Below, piece by piece: positions 1 through 8,501 of a stretch of DNA of 64,000 nt; the first letter of the stretch is position 1, and each line of letters opens with the position of its first letter. The position numbers and the translations under genes are program-made. The DNA lies in IMG/VR virus record IMGVR_UViG_3300044971_002537, positions 75,855 to 139,854 of that record; one strand, 5' to 3'. Origin of the DNA: a virus. The notes beneath the pieces were generated by a model. It searched no databases and was not told the DNA's origin. It saw only the letters and a list, made by a program, of their open reading frames with translations.

Positions 1-503
1 TCAACGCCTTTATCAGAGATGACTGTACGATTGTACAGGCACCATGAATCTAGACTTGACATGATTTCATTCTCTCTCCTCAGTAGATCTTTCTCATCAC
101 AGTCCTCGATATAGGCCATATAAAAACCATACTTGCCCCAGTCATTTTGCAGGTCTGTATTTTTGTGTAGTCCTCTATCAAGCTGCGATATATGTTTTTG
201 GAATCTTGAGTATACATCAGCACTCGATCCTATGTAGACTTTTGTACAGTCAGTTCTGACTATTGCATAAACTCCGCATTTGCCCTTGAAGAAATCTAGA
301 TCCTTCTTGCCAGATATAAATTTGCCAAAATGCTTAGTCTTCAGCTTATAGTGTTTCACTATCGACTTGAACTGAGTCTTAGAAATATTGTATTTCTTTA
401 TCAAGTCGTTATTAGTCATAGTGGAATACTCAGCCACTAAAGACCTAGTCTCTGCTGCCGTCAGCGGGTTATTGTTACTCAATTTGCCAATTGGTCTAGC
501 CAT
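1..503 (-). CDS. GIY-YIG homing endonuclease (3' end runs off the window)
   Basis: Not in the ORF track; translated by hand from ATG 503: MARPIGKL...GKCGVYAIVRTDCTKVYIGSSADVYSRFQKHISQLDRGLHKNTDLQNDWGKYG...E...YN. Shows GVY-x10-YIG, the conserved Arg, H-x-N-x2-LQ-x2-W, Glu and Asn. The start overlaps the stop of the HNH gene (TAATG). Confidence 0.88.
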   Translation of the reverse strand, partial: MARPIGKLSNNNPLTAAETRSLVAEYSTMTNNDLIKKYNISKTQFKSIVKHYKLKTKHFGKFISGKKDLDFFKGKCGVYAIVRTDCTKVYIGSSADVYSRFQKHISQLDRGLHKNTDLQNDWGKYGFYMAYIEDCDEKDLLRRENEIMSSLDSWCLYNRTVISDKGV

Positions 504-928
504 TATTCTTCCTTTGCTAAGATCGCTACTTCGGCTGGATATCCACGATAGATACGCTTATGAAGCGTATCGTAAGACACCCCACATCTTGGATCTCTAG
601 CCCATTCTGCGAGAGTGAGTTCTTCGCCAAAGGCTAGAACTCTCACATTATCGACACGATTATTTGCGTTTTCGATGGGTGACATCCTACGTAAGTTGCT
701 TACGCGGTTGTCGAGCCGATCCCTATTAATATGGTCAATGACGATCCTAGGATCATCCTCGTTCATAACAACTCGGTGCATGCGGACTGTACAGCCGTCC
801 ACTACGGCCACCGCATATGTGTTCCTCAAAAACCACTTGTATCGGTTGAGCCGCACATAATCTTCAGGATCAACCTCAGCATACTTGCCAGCACCAGCAA
901 CACCAGACAACCAAAGTTTCATGGCCAC
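503..928 (-). CDS. HNH homing endonuclease (HNH_3-like) with C-terminal HTH-like segment
   Basis: MHRVVM...IDHINRDRLDNRVSNLR...N motif; C-terminal LTLAEWA...SYDTLHKRIYRG is typical of phage HNH DNA-binding tails. Confidence 0.85.
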   Translation of the reverse strand: MAMKLWLSGVAGAGKYAEVDPEDYVRLNRYKWFLRNTYAVAVVDGCTVRMHRVVMNEDDPRIVIDHINRDRLDNRVSNLRRMSPIENANNRVDNVRVLAFGEELTLAEWARDPRCGVSYDTLHKRIYRGYPAEVAILAKEE

Positions 929-951
929 GCCTTATAAGAACCACATAATAG

Positions 952-980
952 AAGAGTACGGGCACACCGCCCGTACTCTT
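952..980. promoter_or_regulatory. Perfect 12-bp inverted repeat in the divergent intergenic region
   Basis: AAGAGTACGGGC-ACACC-GCCCGTACTCTT, between the leftward nuclease genes and the rightward operon. Confidence 0.6.
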
Positions 981-1021
981 ATACGTTATTTCCACTAATG
1001 ACAGCCATATTTAGATAAAAG

Positions 1022-1032
1022 CGTATATAATA
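1022..1032 (+). promoter_or_regulatory. Putative phage promoter (CGTATWWAM motif)
   Basis: CGTATATAATA at the start of the rightward arm; the same motif recurs before portal, protease, fibre island and tail tube genes. Confidence 0.55.
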
Positions 1033-1066
1033 GGGAGACTTCTCTTTTTACTGATGACTTGAGGTC

Positions 1067-1240
1067 ATGATGAAACTCGTAATTAATGGTGATACTCGCT
1101 ATGTGGCTATGGCCACAGCAGAACTAAAGAAGCGAATTGAAGATGAGCTTCTTATGCCCGATCCCCCAAAGGAGATGGCGAAAGCTATCCTAGGTAAAAT
1201 CCGTGAAAAAGCTGACAGAGATTCCCAAGGAACACCTTGA
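1067..1240 (+). CDS. Small hypothetical protein (57 aa)
   Basis: GAGG immediately upstream of ATGATG; open frame MMKLVINGDTRYVAMATAELKKRIEDELL...; below the ORF-track cutoff. Confidence 0.55.
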   Translation: MMKLVINGDTRYVAMATAELKKRIEDELLMPDPPKEMAKAILGKIREKADRDSQGTP

Positions 1241-1652
1241 TATTATCTACTTCGTCGTAGATAAAGTCAAGAAGAAACCTTTCTCATTCATGACCGAGGA
1301 AGATATTTCCCAAGAGGCCATGATTATAGCATGCCAAGTTTATGAGAAATGGGATGGGGTGAGATCTCTAGAGTTCTTCCTCATGTACTCCGTTTCAAAG
1401 CGACTAATTTCCTTATCACGAAGTTACTACAAAAATCATGAGAAGAGGTCTGTGTTAGATTTCTCAGAGATTCTGGAACACCCAACTGAAGAATATGATC
1501 AGGTTACACCAGATCTCGTTGATTATATTCTAAACAATCTGTCGGTAAGTATGCGAGCCGACTATTTAAGATGGGCAAATGGGGTGTCTCTACCTTCGGC
1601 GAGACGAGCAGCCCTCATAAAAGTAGTTAAGGATCTAGTCGATGGCCAGTAA
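1203..1652 (+). CDS. Sigma-70 region-2-like phage transcription factor
   Basis: EEDISQEAMIIACQVYEKWDGVRSLEFFLMYSVSKRLISLSR resembles sigma region 2 (D..QE...A...(F/W)D....F......N.L.); region 4 is degenerate. Confidence 0.6.
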   Translation: MKKLTEIPKEHLDIIYFVVDKVKKKPFSFMTEEDISQEAMIIACQVYEKWDGVRSLEFFLMYSVSKRLISLSRSYYKNHEKRSVLDFSEILEHPTEEYDQVTPDLVDYILNNLSVSMRADYLRWANGVSLPSARRAALIKVVKDLVDGQ

Positions 1653-2457
1653 TATAGCTAAGGCTAAGGGTAGACTCAGTAAAGCTGAGTGGGACTATAT
1701 CGAGAAACACTGCGATAAGATGACGGCTGACCAGATGGCCAAAAATCTTGGGCGGGATATCGAGCCCGTTAGGCTCTATCTGCAAAAAATCGGCAAGACC
1801 AAGAACAAGAAAGAGGCCTTTGAGGTTCAGGCCGAATATGACATCAAGACTCGCCCATTCTGGAAAGAGCTACAAGGACAGTTCAGTAAAGAGGAACTAG
1901 AGATGTTCCTTTATCACTGGAAGCAAATTATTGCCCAGTTCCGCAGAGACGTACTCGCAACTGAGGAACTTCAGATCATTGATACGATCAAACTAGAAGT
2001 CCTAATGAATAGGGCTCTTCGTGAGCAGCAGCAGACGATCGAGACCGTCAGAGATCTAGAAGAGCAGATTGCTGTAGAAGACGCCAAAGCAGTTGCCGAT
2101 CGCGACAAGGAGCATCATTTCTCTTTACAGAGGCAGGTGGCTTCGCTGCGTTCCGCCAAAGAGGCTTTGGGTAGGGACTATAAGGAGCTACAAACTAAAA
2201 AATCGGCCATGTTCAAGGATCTTAAGGCCACTAGAGAGCAGCGAGTCCAAAAACTTGAAAGTAATAAGACTACCTTTGCTGGGTTAATGAGCAAGCTCCT
2301 ACAGGACCCAGACTTCTTTGAAGAGCAAGGTAGATTGATGGAGATGATGAGGCTTGCCGCACAGGGAGCCAAAGAAGAGCTTGGTTCTTATCACACCTTT
2401 GCTGATTCTAAGGTGGATCGTATCATTCTCTCGCATGAAACGGTTGGCGATGAATGA
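1642..2457 (+). CDS. HTH plus coiled-coil protein, possible terminase small subunit
   Basis: N-terminal HTH-like MTADQMAKNLGRDIEPVRLYL, long coiled coil, position upstream of the large terminase. Confidence 0.45.
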   Translation: MASNIAKAKGRLSKAEWDYIEKHCDKMTADQMAKNLGRDIEPVRLYLQKIGKTKNKKEAFEVQAEYDIKTRPFWKELQGQFSKEELEMFLYHWKQIIAQFRRDVLATEELQIIDTIKLEVLMNRALREQQQTIETVRDLEEQIAVEDAKAVADRDKEHHFSLQRQVASLRSAKEALGRDYKELQTKKSAMFKDLKATREQRVQKLESNKTTFAGLMSKLLQDPDFFEEQGRLMEMMRLAAQGAKEELGSYHTFADSKVDRIILSHETVGDE

Positions 2458-2717
2458 AAAGAGATTATGACTGCCCATTTTATAAGGAAGCCAGACTTGC
2501 TTGTATCAAGCGAGACAAGAAGAGATGCCAAATGCCGGGGTGTAAGGCAAAGAAGAAGTTAGTGGTCCATCACATAGAAAGGTGGAGCGATGCCCCATCT
2601 CTTCGGTTCGAACTGTTCAACTTAGTAACTTTGTGTAAAACCTGCCATGACTCCATAAAGGACAAGGAGCTTCATTATGCCCCTTTATTTAGGAGTATCA
2701 TAAATGGATACAATTAA
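2454..2717 (+). CDS. Small HNH endonuclease (possibly packaging-associated, HK97 gp74-like)
   Basis: RDKKRCQMPGC...VVHHI...NLVTLCKTCH zinc-HNH motif; near terminase genes. Confidence 0.85.
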   Translation: MKRDYDCPFYKEARLACIKRDKKRCQMPGCKAKKKLVVHHIERWSDAPSLRFELFNLVTLCKTCHDSIKDKELHYAPLFRSIINGYN

Positions 2718-3351
2718 GTCAATCATAGAAAACTACGGGACGATATCGTTTGTCGTCGTTGGAGCTTTCGCCTTTATCGCACGCTGTAGGAGGTATATCA
2801 AAAATGCAATTAGATCCTTTGTACTCGGTGACCGCTTTCATGTCGTTTTTGGTGACAGCCCCGCAGAGGCTATTAAGGCGATTTATGACGCAATTCAGAC
2901 CTCCTATGAGGTCTGTGAACTTCGGCAGCAGATTACAGAAAGGCATATCGAAATTGGAATATTCATCTGCGATACCAAAGGTAGATGCACATGGAGTAAC
3001 TCATACCTCAATGAGTTATTTTGTCTTGACTCGAAAGATATGATGGGATTTGGATGGCTGCAAGCCGTTAGGCCGGGGGACAGGAAAAGAGTAAATGATC
3101 ATTGGCTCTATTCTATACAAAACGACATCGCGTACGATTGTGACTATACTCTAGTTAACAAGAAGAACAATTTGTTAACTGATATAACATCTACAGCTAT
3201 GGCTGTAAAGGATGATACTGGCACTGTTCAGTGCTATCTAGGATACGTCAAGGTAAATGCAATAAGGGGAACAAATGGAGATCTATTACGACACGAGGGA
3301 GAAAACTCCGTGGACATTCTTCACAGAGAAAACAACAAAGAAAACTCTTAA
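2704..3351 (+). CDS. Membrane-anchored PAS-domain protein
   Basis: Hydrophobic ISFVVVGAFAFIA followed by a basic patch, then GIFICDTKGRCTWSN...MMGFGWLQAVRPGDRKRV...W...Y.L, the classic PAS/PAS_3 signature. Confidence 0.75.
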   Translation: MDTIKSIIENYGTISFVVVGAFAFIARCRRYIKNAIRSFVLGDRFHVVFGDSPAEAIKAIYDAIQTSYEVCELRQQITERHIEIGIFICDTKGRCTWSNSYLNELFCLDSKDMMGFGWLQAVRPGDRKRVNDHWLYSIQNDIAYDCDYTLVNKKNNLLTDITSTAMAVKDDTGTVQCYLGYVKVNAIRGTNGDLLRHEGENSVDILHRENNKENS

Positions 3352-3778
3352 GTGTGGAGATTACACCACATCTATCCTTATTGGCAAATATGCTGTAGAG
3401 AGAAAAGCATCTACTGGCGAAATCTATATGAATCTTGGCAGAACCAAGAATATGGAGCGATTCCATAGAGAAGTTGACAAGCTTCTTCTTTTAGAAAAGG
3501 CAGAATGCGTCTTTGAGTTTTCAGAGTCTGACATCTACTGCTTCCCTGAGAATTCTGGCATACCAAAGCTCAGAAGACCATCAGTAAAAGAGATAGCCAG
3601 TGGCAAATATTCTAGGGGAGAGAGAGTTGATGCTTGGTCGGAGCTTCGTATAAATGGGCGACATCTTAAAACCTTGATAGATAGAGTGGCGGCTAAAATG
3701 CCGGTAGTATTCTGCGGAAATCGGCGTAGTGCTGAAGATTATGTCCTTGGGCGATTTAAAGAGCTAGAGCAATGTTAG
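3275..3778 (+). CDS. ERCC4/XPF-family nuclease
   Basis: YDTREK, LKCGDY and VERKAS..E motifs of the ERCC4 domain. Confidence 0.85.
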   Translation: MEIYYDTREKTPWTFFTEKTTKKTLKCGDYTTSILIGKYAVERKASTGEIYMNLGRTKNMERFHREVDKLLLLEKAECVFEFSESDIYCFPENSGIPKLRRPSVKEIASGKYSRGERVDAWSELRINGRHLKTLIDRVAAKMPVVFCGNRRSAEDYVLGRFKELEQC

Positions 3779-4305
3779 ACCTACTAACTCAGATCATCCA
3801 GTTTATTTGGGAACTTCTTCCAAGGCCCACAATTGTTGGCCCAATGGAGGAGGCAGTTTGTTTTTGGTTTGGCCGATGGGGGCGACGAAAAGGTCCGGGC
3901 CTCTATCTGATATGGCCACTTATCCAGTACTGGCGAGTTCACACAATAGCAAGCCAAATCTGTGAGACTGCAATTATTGCTGTAACTTCCGCCGACGATA
4001 AAGACTGGCAGTGGAGGCTTGGGATCGAATATGAGATTCATGATGTCTTGAAGTATGAAACGGCACAGTTTAGCGGTCAGAACCATTTAGAAATGCTGGG
4101 TGGTGCTGCCCTAGTCCGAATTATCAGCCAATTGTCAGGTGATCAAATTAAAGAAGCTGGTGTTTGGCGGATATGCAACAAGATCAAAACTAGAATTGCT
4201 GATTCGGCAGACCAGCGTGGAATGAGAGTACTAGGAGTTAGGCCCATTATGGCGTCTCGCTGTCGGCCATTCTTTGTGTCTCAGGCAGAACGGCTAGTTG
4301 ACTAG
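3772..4305 (+). CDS. SPFH/Band-7 family membrane protein
   Basis: N-terminal hydrophobic segment, FGR...GPGLYLIWPLIQ, VTSAD, GIEYEI.D motifs typical of stomatin-like domains. Confidence 0.7.
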   Translation: MLDLLTQIIQFIWELLPRPTIVGPMEEAVCFWFGRWGRRKGPGLYLIWPLIQYWRVHTIASQICETAIIAVTSADDKDWQWRLGIEYEIHDVLKYETAQFSGQNHLEMLGGAALVRIISQLSGDQIKEAGVWRICNKIKTRIADSADQRGMRVLGVRPIMASRCRPFFVSQAERLVD

Positions 4306-4398
4306 GGCGTAACGGCATACAAGGGGTAGGTCGGCCCATTTTTTCTTTTACTGTGGGCTTCTTTCGCCCAATTCAAATTTAGTGGAACAACGTGCAGC

Positions 4399-6387
4399 TT
4401 GGAAAAATTAACCAAACAAGTCTTACGCGAACTCAACGAAGCATATTTGACCAAGTATGTAAAGGAAGAGCCAGCATATAACCCATTAGATATCTTGAGA
4501 ACAGACGATAACTTAGACTTCGAGAAAAAGGTAGCGTGGTTATTATCTCAGCCTGAGTATTTTGCTTTTCTGTGTCATCACATTCTAAACGTAGACATAC
4601 TACCATTCCAGAATGTGGTTCTTCAAGAATTGTGGGTAAGAAAATACCCTATGCTAATCGGCAGTCGAGGAAGCTCTAAGAGCTTTATGCTTGCATTGTA
4701 TTCCCTGATGCGTGCGTTGATTATGCCCAACAGGAGAATACTTGTTGCGGGAGCGGCCTTTAGACAGTCTAAGTTTATTCATGAATATATGGAAACCATA
4801 TGGAAGGGGGCTCCTCTTTTAAGGGACTTAGTAGATCAAGATAGTGGTCCTACCAGATCTCCAGACATGTGTAGGTTTGGCATTAATGGGTCTACCATAA
4901 CATGTATTCCAATTGGTACTGGTGAGAAGATAAGAGGGTATCGCTGCCAAGACCTATTGATCGAAGAATTCAGCTCTCACTCTAGGGAAATCTTTGAAAC
5001 CGTTATCGCGGGCTTCGGTAACGTATCAGCCGCTCCTGCTGATGTGGTTAGAAGACGAGCCGCTGAAGAGATGGCCGCTGAAAGAGGAATTGACCCATTG
5101 TTGCTAGGAGCCAACGACCTAGCTATGGGAAATCAAATTATTTTGTGCGGAACTGCGTTCTATGATTTTAACCATTTCGCTGATTATTGGAAGAAGTATA
5201 AGCAGATTATTGCCTCAAAGGGTGATCCAAGGAGAGTCAGAGAGCTATTTCCAGAGGGAGTCCCAGAGGGGTTCAATTGGAAAGATTATTCAGTAATTAG
5301 AATACCATACGAGGTTCTACCCAAGGGCTTTATGGATGAGGGAAACGTGGCTAGATCTAAGGCGTCTGTTCATAGTGGTATCTTCAATATGGAATGGGGA
5401 GCGGTATTTGTCACTGATAGTAATGGGTTTTTCAAACGAAGCCTGATCGAGTCTTGTGTTACTAATGAACATAATGAGGTTATTCTCCCATCTGGCCCAG
5501 TTGTATTCGATGCTGCGATAAAGGGCAACCCAGCCGCCAGATACATCATAGGGGTCGACCCGGCTTCCGAAATCGACAACTTCTCCATAGTGGTCTTGGA
5601 ACTCTATCAAGACCATAGAAGAATAGTACACTGCTGGACTACTACTCGTCAGTCTCACACGGAAAGAGTTAAGCTTGGTCTAACTACTGAGGATAACTTT
5701 TACAGTTACGCTGCTAGAAAGATTCGTGAGCTTATGCGTGTATTCCCTACTGAGCGTATCATGCTGGACTCTCAGGGGGGCGGTGTCGCGGTTAACGAAG
5801 CCCTACACGAAACCTCTAATTTGCATCCCGGCGAAGTCCCCTTCTGGCCCGTAATTGACGAAGACAAAGAGAAGCCGACAGATGATGAAGCTGGGCTCCA
5901 TATCATTGAGTTGGTCAATTTCGCCAAGGCTGAATGGACCTCTGAGGCTAATCATGGTTTAAGAAAGGACCTAGAGGATAAGACCTTGTTGTTCCCTAAG
6001 TTCGATCCTATCGTCCTCGGTCTAGCCGCTGAACAAGATAAGATCAATAATAAGCTCTATGACACACTAGAAGACTGTGTTATGGAAATTGAGGAGATGA
6101 AGAACGAGCTTGTCCTAATCGAGATAACCAAGACCCCGAATGGGCGAGATAGATGGGATACTCCGGACATCAAGGTTGGGGCTAACAAGAAAAAGAAGAT
6201 GAGGAAGGATAGGTATTCTGCTTTACTGATGGCGAATATGGGGGCTAGAAACTTCTCGTTAGTTGGTCAGGCGGCATACGAAAGCTACGGAGGGTTCTCT
6301 AGTGGAGTAGTCGGTAAAAAGGCTAAGTTGGCCTACATTGCTCCGCAGTGGTTTAAGGATGCTCAAAATGCATATGATGGATATTGA
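4399..6387 (+). CDS. Terminase large subunit
   Basis: Adenine-binding ILPFQ, Walker A-like GSRGSSKS, IRGYR...LLIEE Walker B, nuclease IIGVDPA...D and C-terminal KDRYSAL; directly upstream of the portal. Confidence 0.92.
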   Translation: MEKLTKQVLRELNEAYLTKYVKEEPAYNPLDILRTDDNLDFEKKVAWLLSQPEYFAFLCHHILNVDILPFQNVVLQELWVRKYPMLIGSRGSSKSFMLALYSLMRALIMPNRRILVAGAAFRQSKFIHEYMETIWKGAPLLRDLVDQDSGPTRSPDMCRFGINGSTITCIPIGTGEKIRGYRCQDLLIEEFSSHSREIFETVIAGFGNVSAAPADVVRRRAAEEMAAERGIDPLLLGANDLAMGNQIILCGTAFYDFNHFADYWKKYKQIIASKGDPRRVRELFPEGVPEGFNWKDYSVIRIPYEVLPKGFMDEGNVARSKASVHSGIFNMEWGAVFVTDSNGFFKRSLIESCVTNEHNEVILPSGPVVFDAAIKGNPAARYIIGVDPASEIDNFSIVVLELYQDHRRIVHCWTTTRQSHTERVKLGLTTEDNFYSYAARKIRELMRVFPTERIMLDSQGGGVAVNEALHETSNLHPGEVPFWPVIDEDKEKPTDDEAGLHIIELVNFAKAEWTSEANHGLRKDLEDKTLLFPKFDPIVLGLAAEQDKINNKLYDTLEDCVMEIEEMKNELVLIEITKTPNGRDRWDTPDIKVGANKKKKMRKDRYSALLMANMGARNFSLVGQAAYESYGGFSSGVVGKKAKLAYIAPQWFKDAQNAYDGY

Positions 6388-6407
6388 GCTTCCTACGTCA
6401 GCTCGAT

Positions 6408-6418
6408 CGTATTAAATT
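6408..6418 (+). promoter_or_regulatory. Putative phage promoter (CGTATWWAM motif)
   Basis: CGTATTAAATT in the terminase-portal gap. Confidence 0.55.
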
Positions 6419-6454
6419 GTGCAAGCACAATTCAATTACAATCGGAATAAGCAA

Positions 6455-8449
6455 ATGGCAGTAAAAAAGAGTGTTCCACAGACAACTAACGCGATTCTCC
6501 AAGATGAGGCTTTAGCCTCATACACCGGGTTGATGAGCACTTCTGCTAGTAATCGTAGATACCTATCGCTAGAGCCCAACATATCGGTTCGCGATGAGTA
6601 CAATCGGGAAGACTATTATGGGTTCCGCCCTTCAGAGTCTCCAGAGGGTGATGCTAAGGGCATCATGCGAAAGTGCGTTAAGGCTTACAATAATGTTGGC
6701 CTTATCAAGCAGGTTATTGATTTGATGGGGGATTTTGCCTCTCAAGGTATTAGGATCTCCCATACTAACAAGAACATAGAGCGATTCTATCGTAGATGGT
6801 GGCAGAAGGTCAATGGAGCTGAACGTTCTGAACGTTTCCTCAACTACCTATACAGACTTGGCAACGTCGTTGTCTATAAAGCCAACGGTAAAATTACTAA
6901 ATCTGACCAGAAGGATATGTCGAGGGCTGAAAAGAGAGTTATCCCATTCAGGTATGACTTTCTCAATCCACTAGTTGTTGAGGCAGATGGGGACTATTCT
7001 GACATCTTCGGCGGGGAGAAGAGCTACAAGATTAGGATTTCTTCCAAGACCAAGAATGCTATCGCCAATAAGAAGGCTGACCCATCTTTCCTAAAGGACG
7101 TAGACCCTAAGACTAGAAAGATGATTCTAGATGGTGCCGAGTTTATCCCCTTAGACTCAGAGCGTCTATCACTCTATCATTACAAGAAGGATGATTGGGA
7201 CGTATGGGCCAACCCAATGATTCATGCCATCTTAGATGATATTACTATGATGGAGAAGATGAAGCTGGCAGATATGTCGGCTTTAGATGGGGCCATCTCT
7301 AATATACGACTATGGCGATTGGGTAGCCTAGAGCATAAAATCGCCCCAACTAGAGCAGCCGTAGATAAGCTCAGAGATGTACTAGCTAGTAATGTTGGTG
7401 GCGGAACTATGGACCTAGTCTGGGGTCCAGAGCTTGATTTCAAAGAATCTACTAGCCAAATTTACCACTTCTTAGGTAGCGAGAAGTACGGCCCAGTACT
7501 TAACGCTGTATATGGGGGACTAGGAGTCCCACAAACCATGACCGGGACCTCCTCTGGTGGGGGTTTCACTAATAATTACCTGAGCCTTAAGACCCTCATT
7601 GAGAAGCTTGAGTATGGCCGAGGCCTCCTAGAGAACTTCTGGAGGCTAGAGTTTGAGTCTATCGCTACTGCTATGGGCTTCCCATCTCCAGCGGAACTCC
7701 GCTTTGACAATATGATCCTGTCAGATGAGGCGGCTGAAAAGAACCTCTGGATTCAATTGTCAGATCGGCACATCATCTCGGCTGAAACCCTTCGAGAGAG
7801 ATTCGGCGAGTCTAACGACATTGAAGAGTCACGAATCGCCAAAGAAGAAAAAGACAGAAAGAAGCGTAAATTGCCACCTAAATCTGATCCATTCCATAAC
7901 GGCAACGTCGAGTCTGAGTTTGTGAAATTGGCCCTCACCAAAGACACACTCAGCATTGAAGATGTGACAGATTATAAGGCAAGAAAGCCTCCTGTCCAGC
8001 CCGGAGTTGGAAATCCTGCCGGAAAGAAGCCGGTAAAAGATAATGGCCGACCTTTGTTCAAAAAGGATGCTGGTCCTAGGAAGCAGAGGAGAGTCCTCCC
8101 TAAGAGCAAGGCAGATTTGGCTAGTACTATCTTGTGGACCACAGAGGCCCAGAAGAAGATTTCGGCCATACTTAATCCAGTTATGCTTTCTCAGTATGGG
8201 TGTAGTTCTCTACGAGAACTGACAACGGCCCAGCAGGCCGAATTAGAGGAGATTAAGTTCGTGACCCTTTGTGGACTAGAACCATTCTCTCTAGTAGATA
8301 CTGAGTCCGTGGCCGAGGCCATGGAGAAAAAGAAGAAAATAGACGCCCATCCTTTTTACCGAAACTTTTTGGCGACTCATAATAGACAGCCGACTATTGA
8401 TGAGGCACGTCAAATAAACTGCTTAGCATATGCTTACGAAGAATTTTAA
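6455..8449 (+). CDS. Portal protein
   Basis: Position between terminase and protease; helical portal-like pattern (AY...GLIKQVIDLM.DF, W...V, GNVVVY, GLGVP, ISAETLRE.FG). ATG 6455 preferred over GTG 6419, which abuts the promoter motif. Confidence 0.85.
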   Translation: MAVKKSVPQTTNAILQDEALASYTGLMSTSASNRRYLSLEPNISVRDEYNREDYYGFRPSESPEGDAKGIMRKCVKAYNNVGLIKQVIDLMGDFASQGIRISHTNKNIERFYRRWWQKVNGAERSERFLNYLYRLGNVVVYKANGKITKSDQKDMSRAEKRVIPFRYDFLNPLVVEADGDYSDIFGGEKSYKIRISSKTKNAIANKKADPSFLKDVDPKTRKMILDGAEFIPLDSERLSLYHYKKDDWDVWANPMIHAILDDITMMEKMKLADMSALDGAISNIRLWRLGSLEHKIAPTRAAVDKLRDVLASNVGGGTMDLVWGPELDFKESTSQIYHFLGSEKYGPVLNAVYGGLGVPQTMTGTSSGGGFTNNYLSLKTLIEKLEYGRGLLENFWRLEFESIATAMGFPSPAELRFDNMILSDEAAEKNLWIQLSDRHIISAETLRERFGESNDIEESRIAKEEKDRKKRKLPPKSDPFHNGNVESEFVKLALTKDTLSIEDVTDYKARKPPVQPGVGNPAGKKPVKDNGRPLFKKDAGPRKQRRVLPKSKADLASTILWTTEAQKKISAILNPVMLSQYGCSSLRELTTAQQAELEEIKFVTLCGLEPFSLVDTESVAEAMEKKKKIDAHPFYRNFLATHNRQPTIDEARQINCLAYAYEEF

Positions 8450-8477
8450 GAAAAAAGCAGAAAACTTACAATAGCTG

Positions 8478-8490
8478 CGTATTTAAATTA
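8478..8490 (+). promoter_or_regulatory. Putative phage promoter (CGTATWWAM motif)
   Basis: CGTATTTAAATTA then GAGG RBS and ATG 8502. Confidence 0.6.
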
Positions 8491-8501
8491 TGAGGTAACC
8501 A

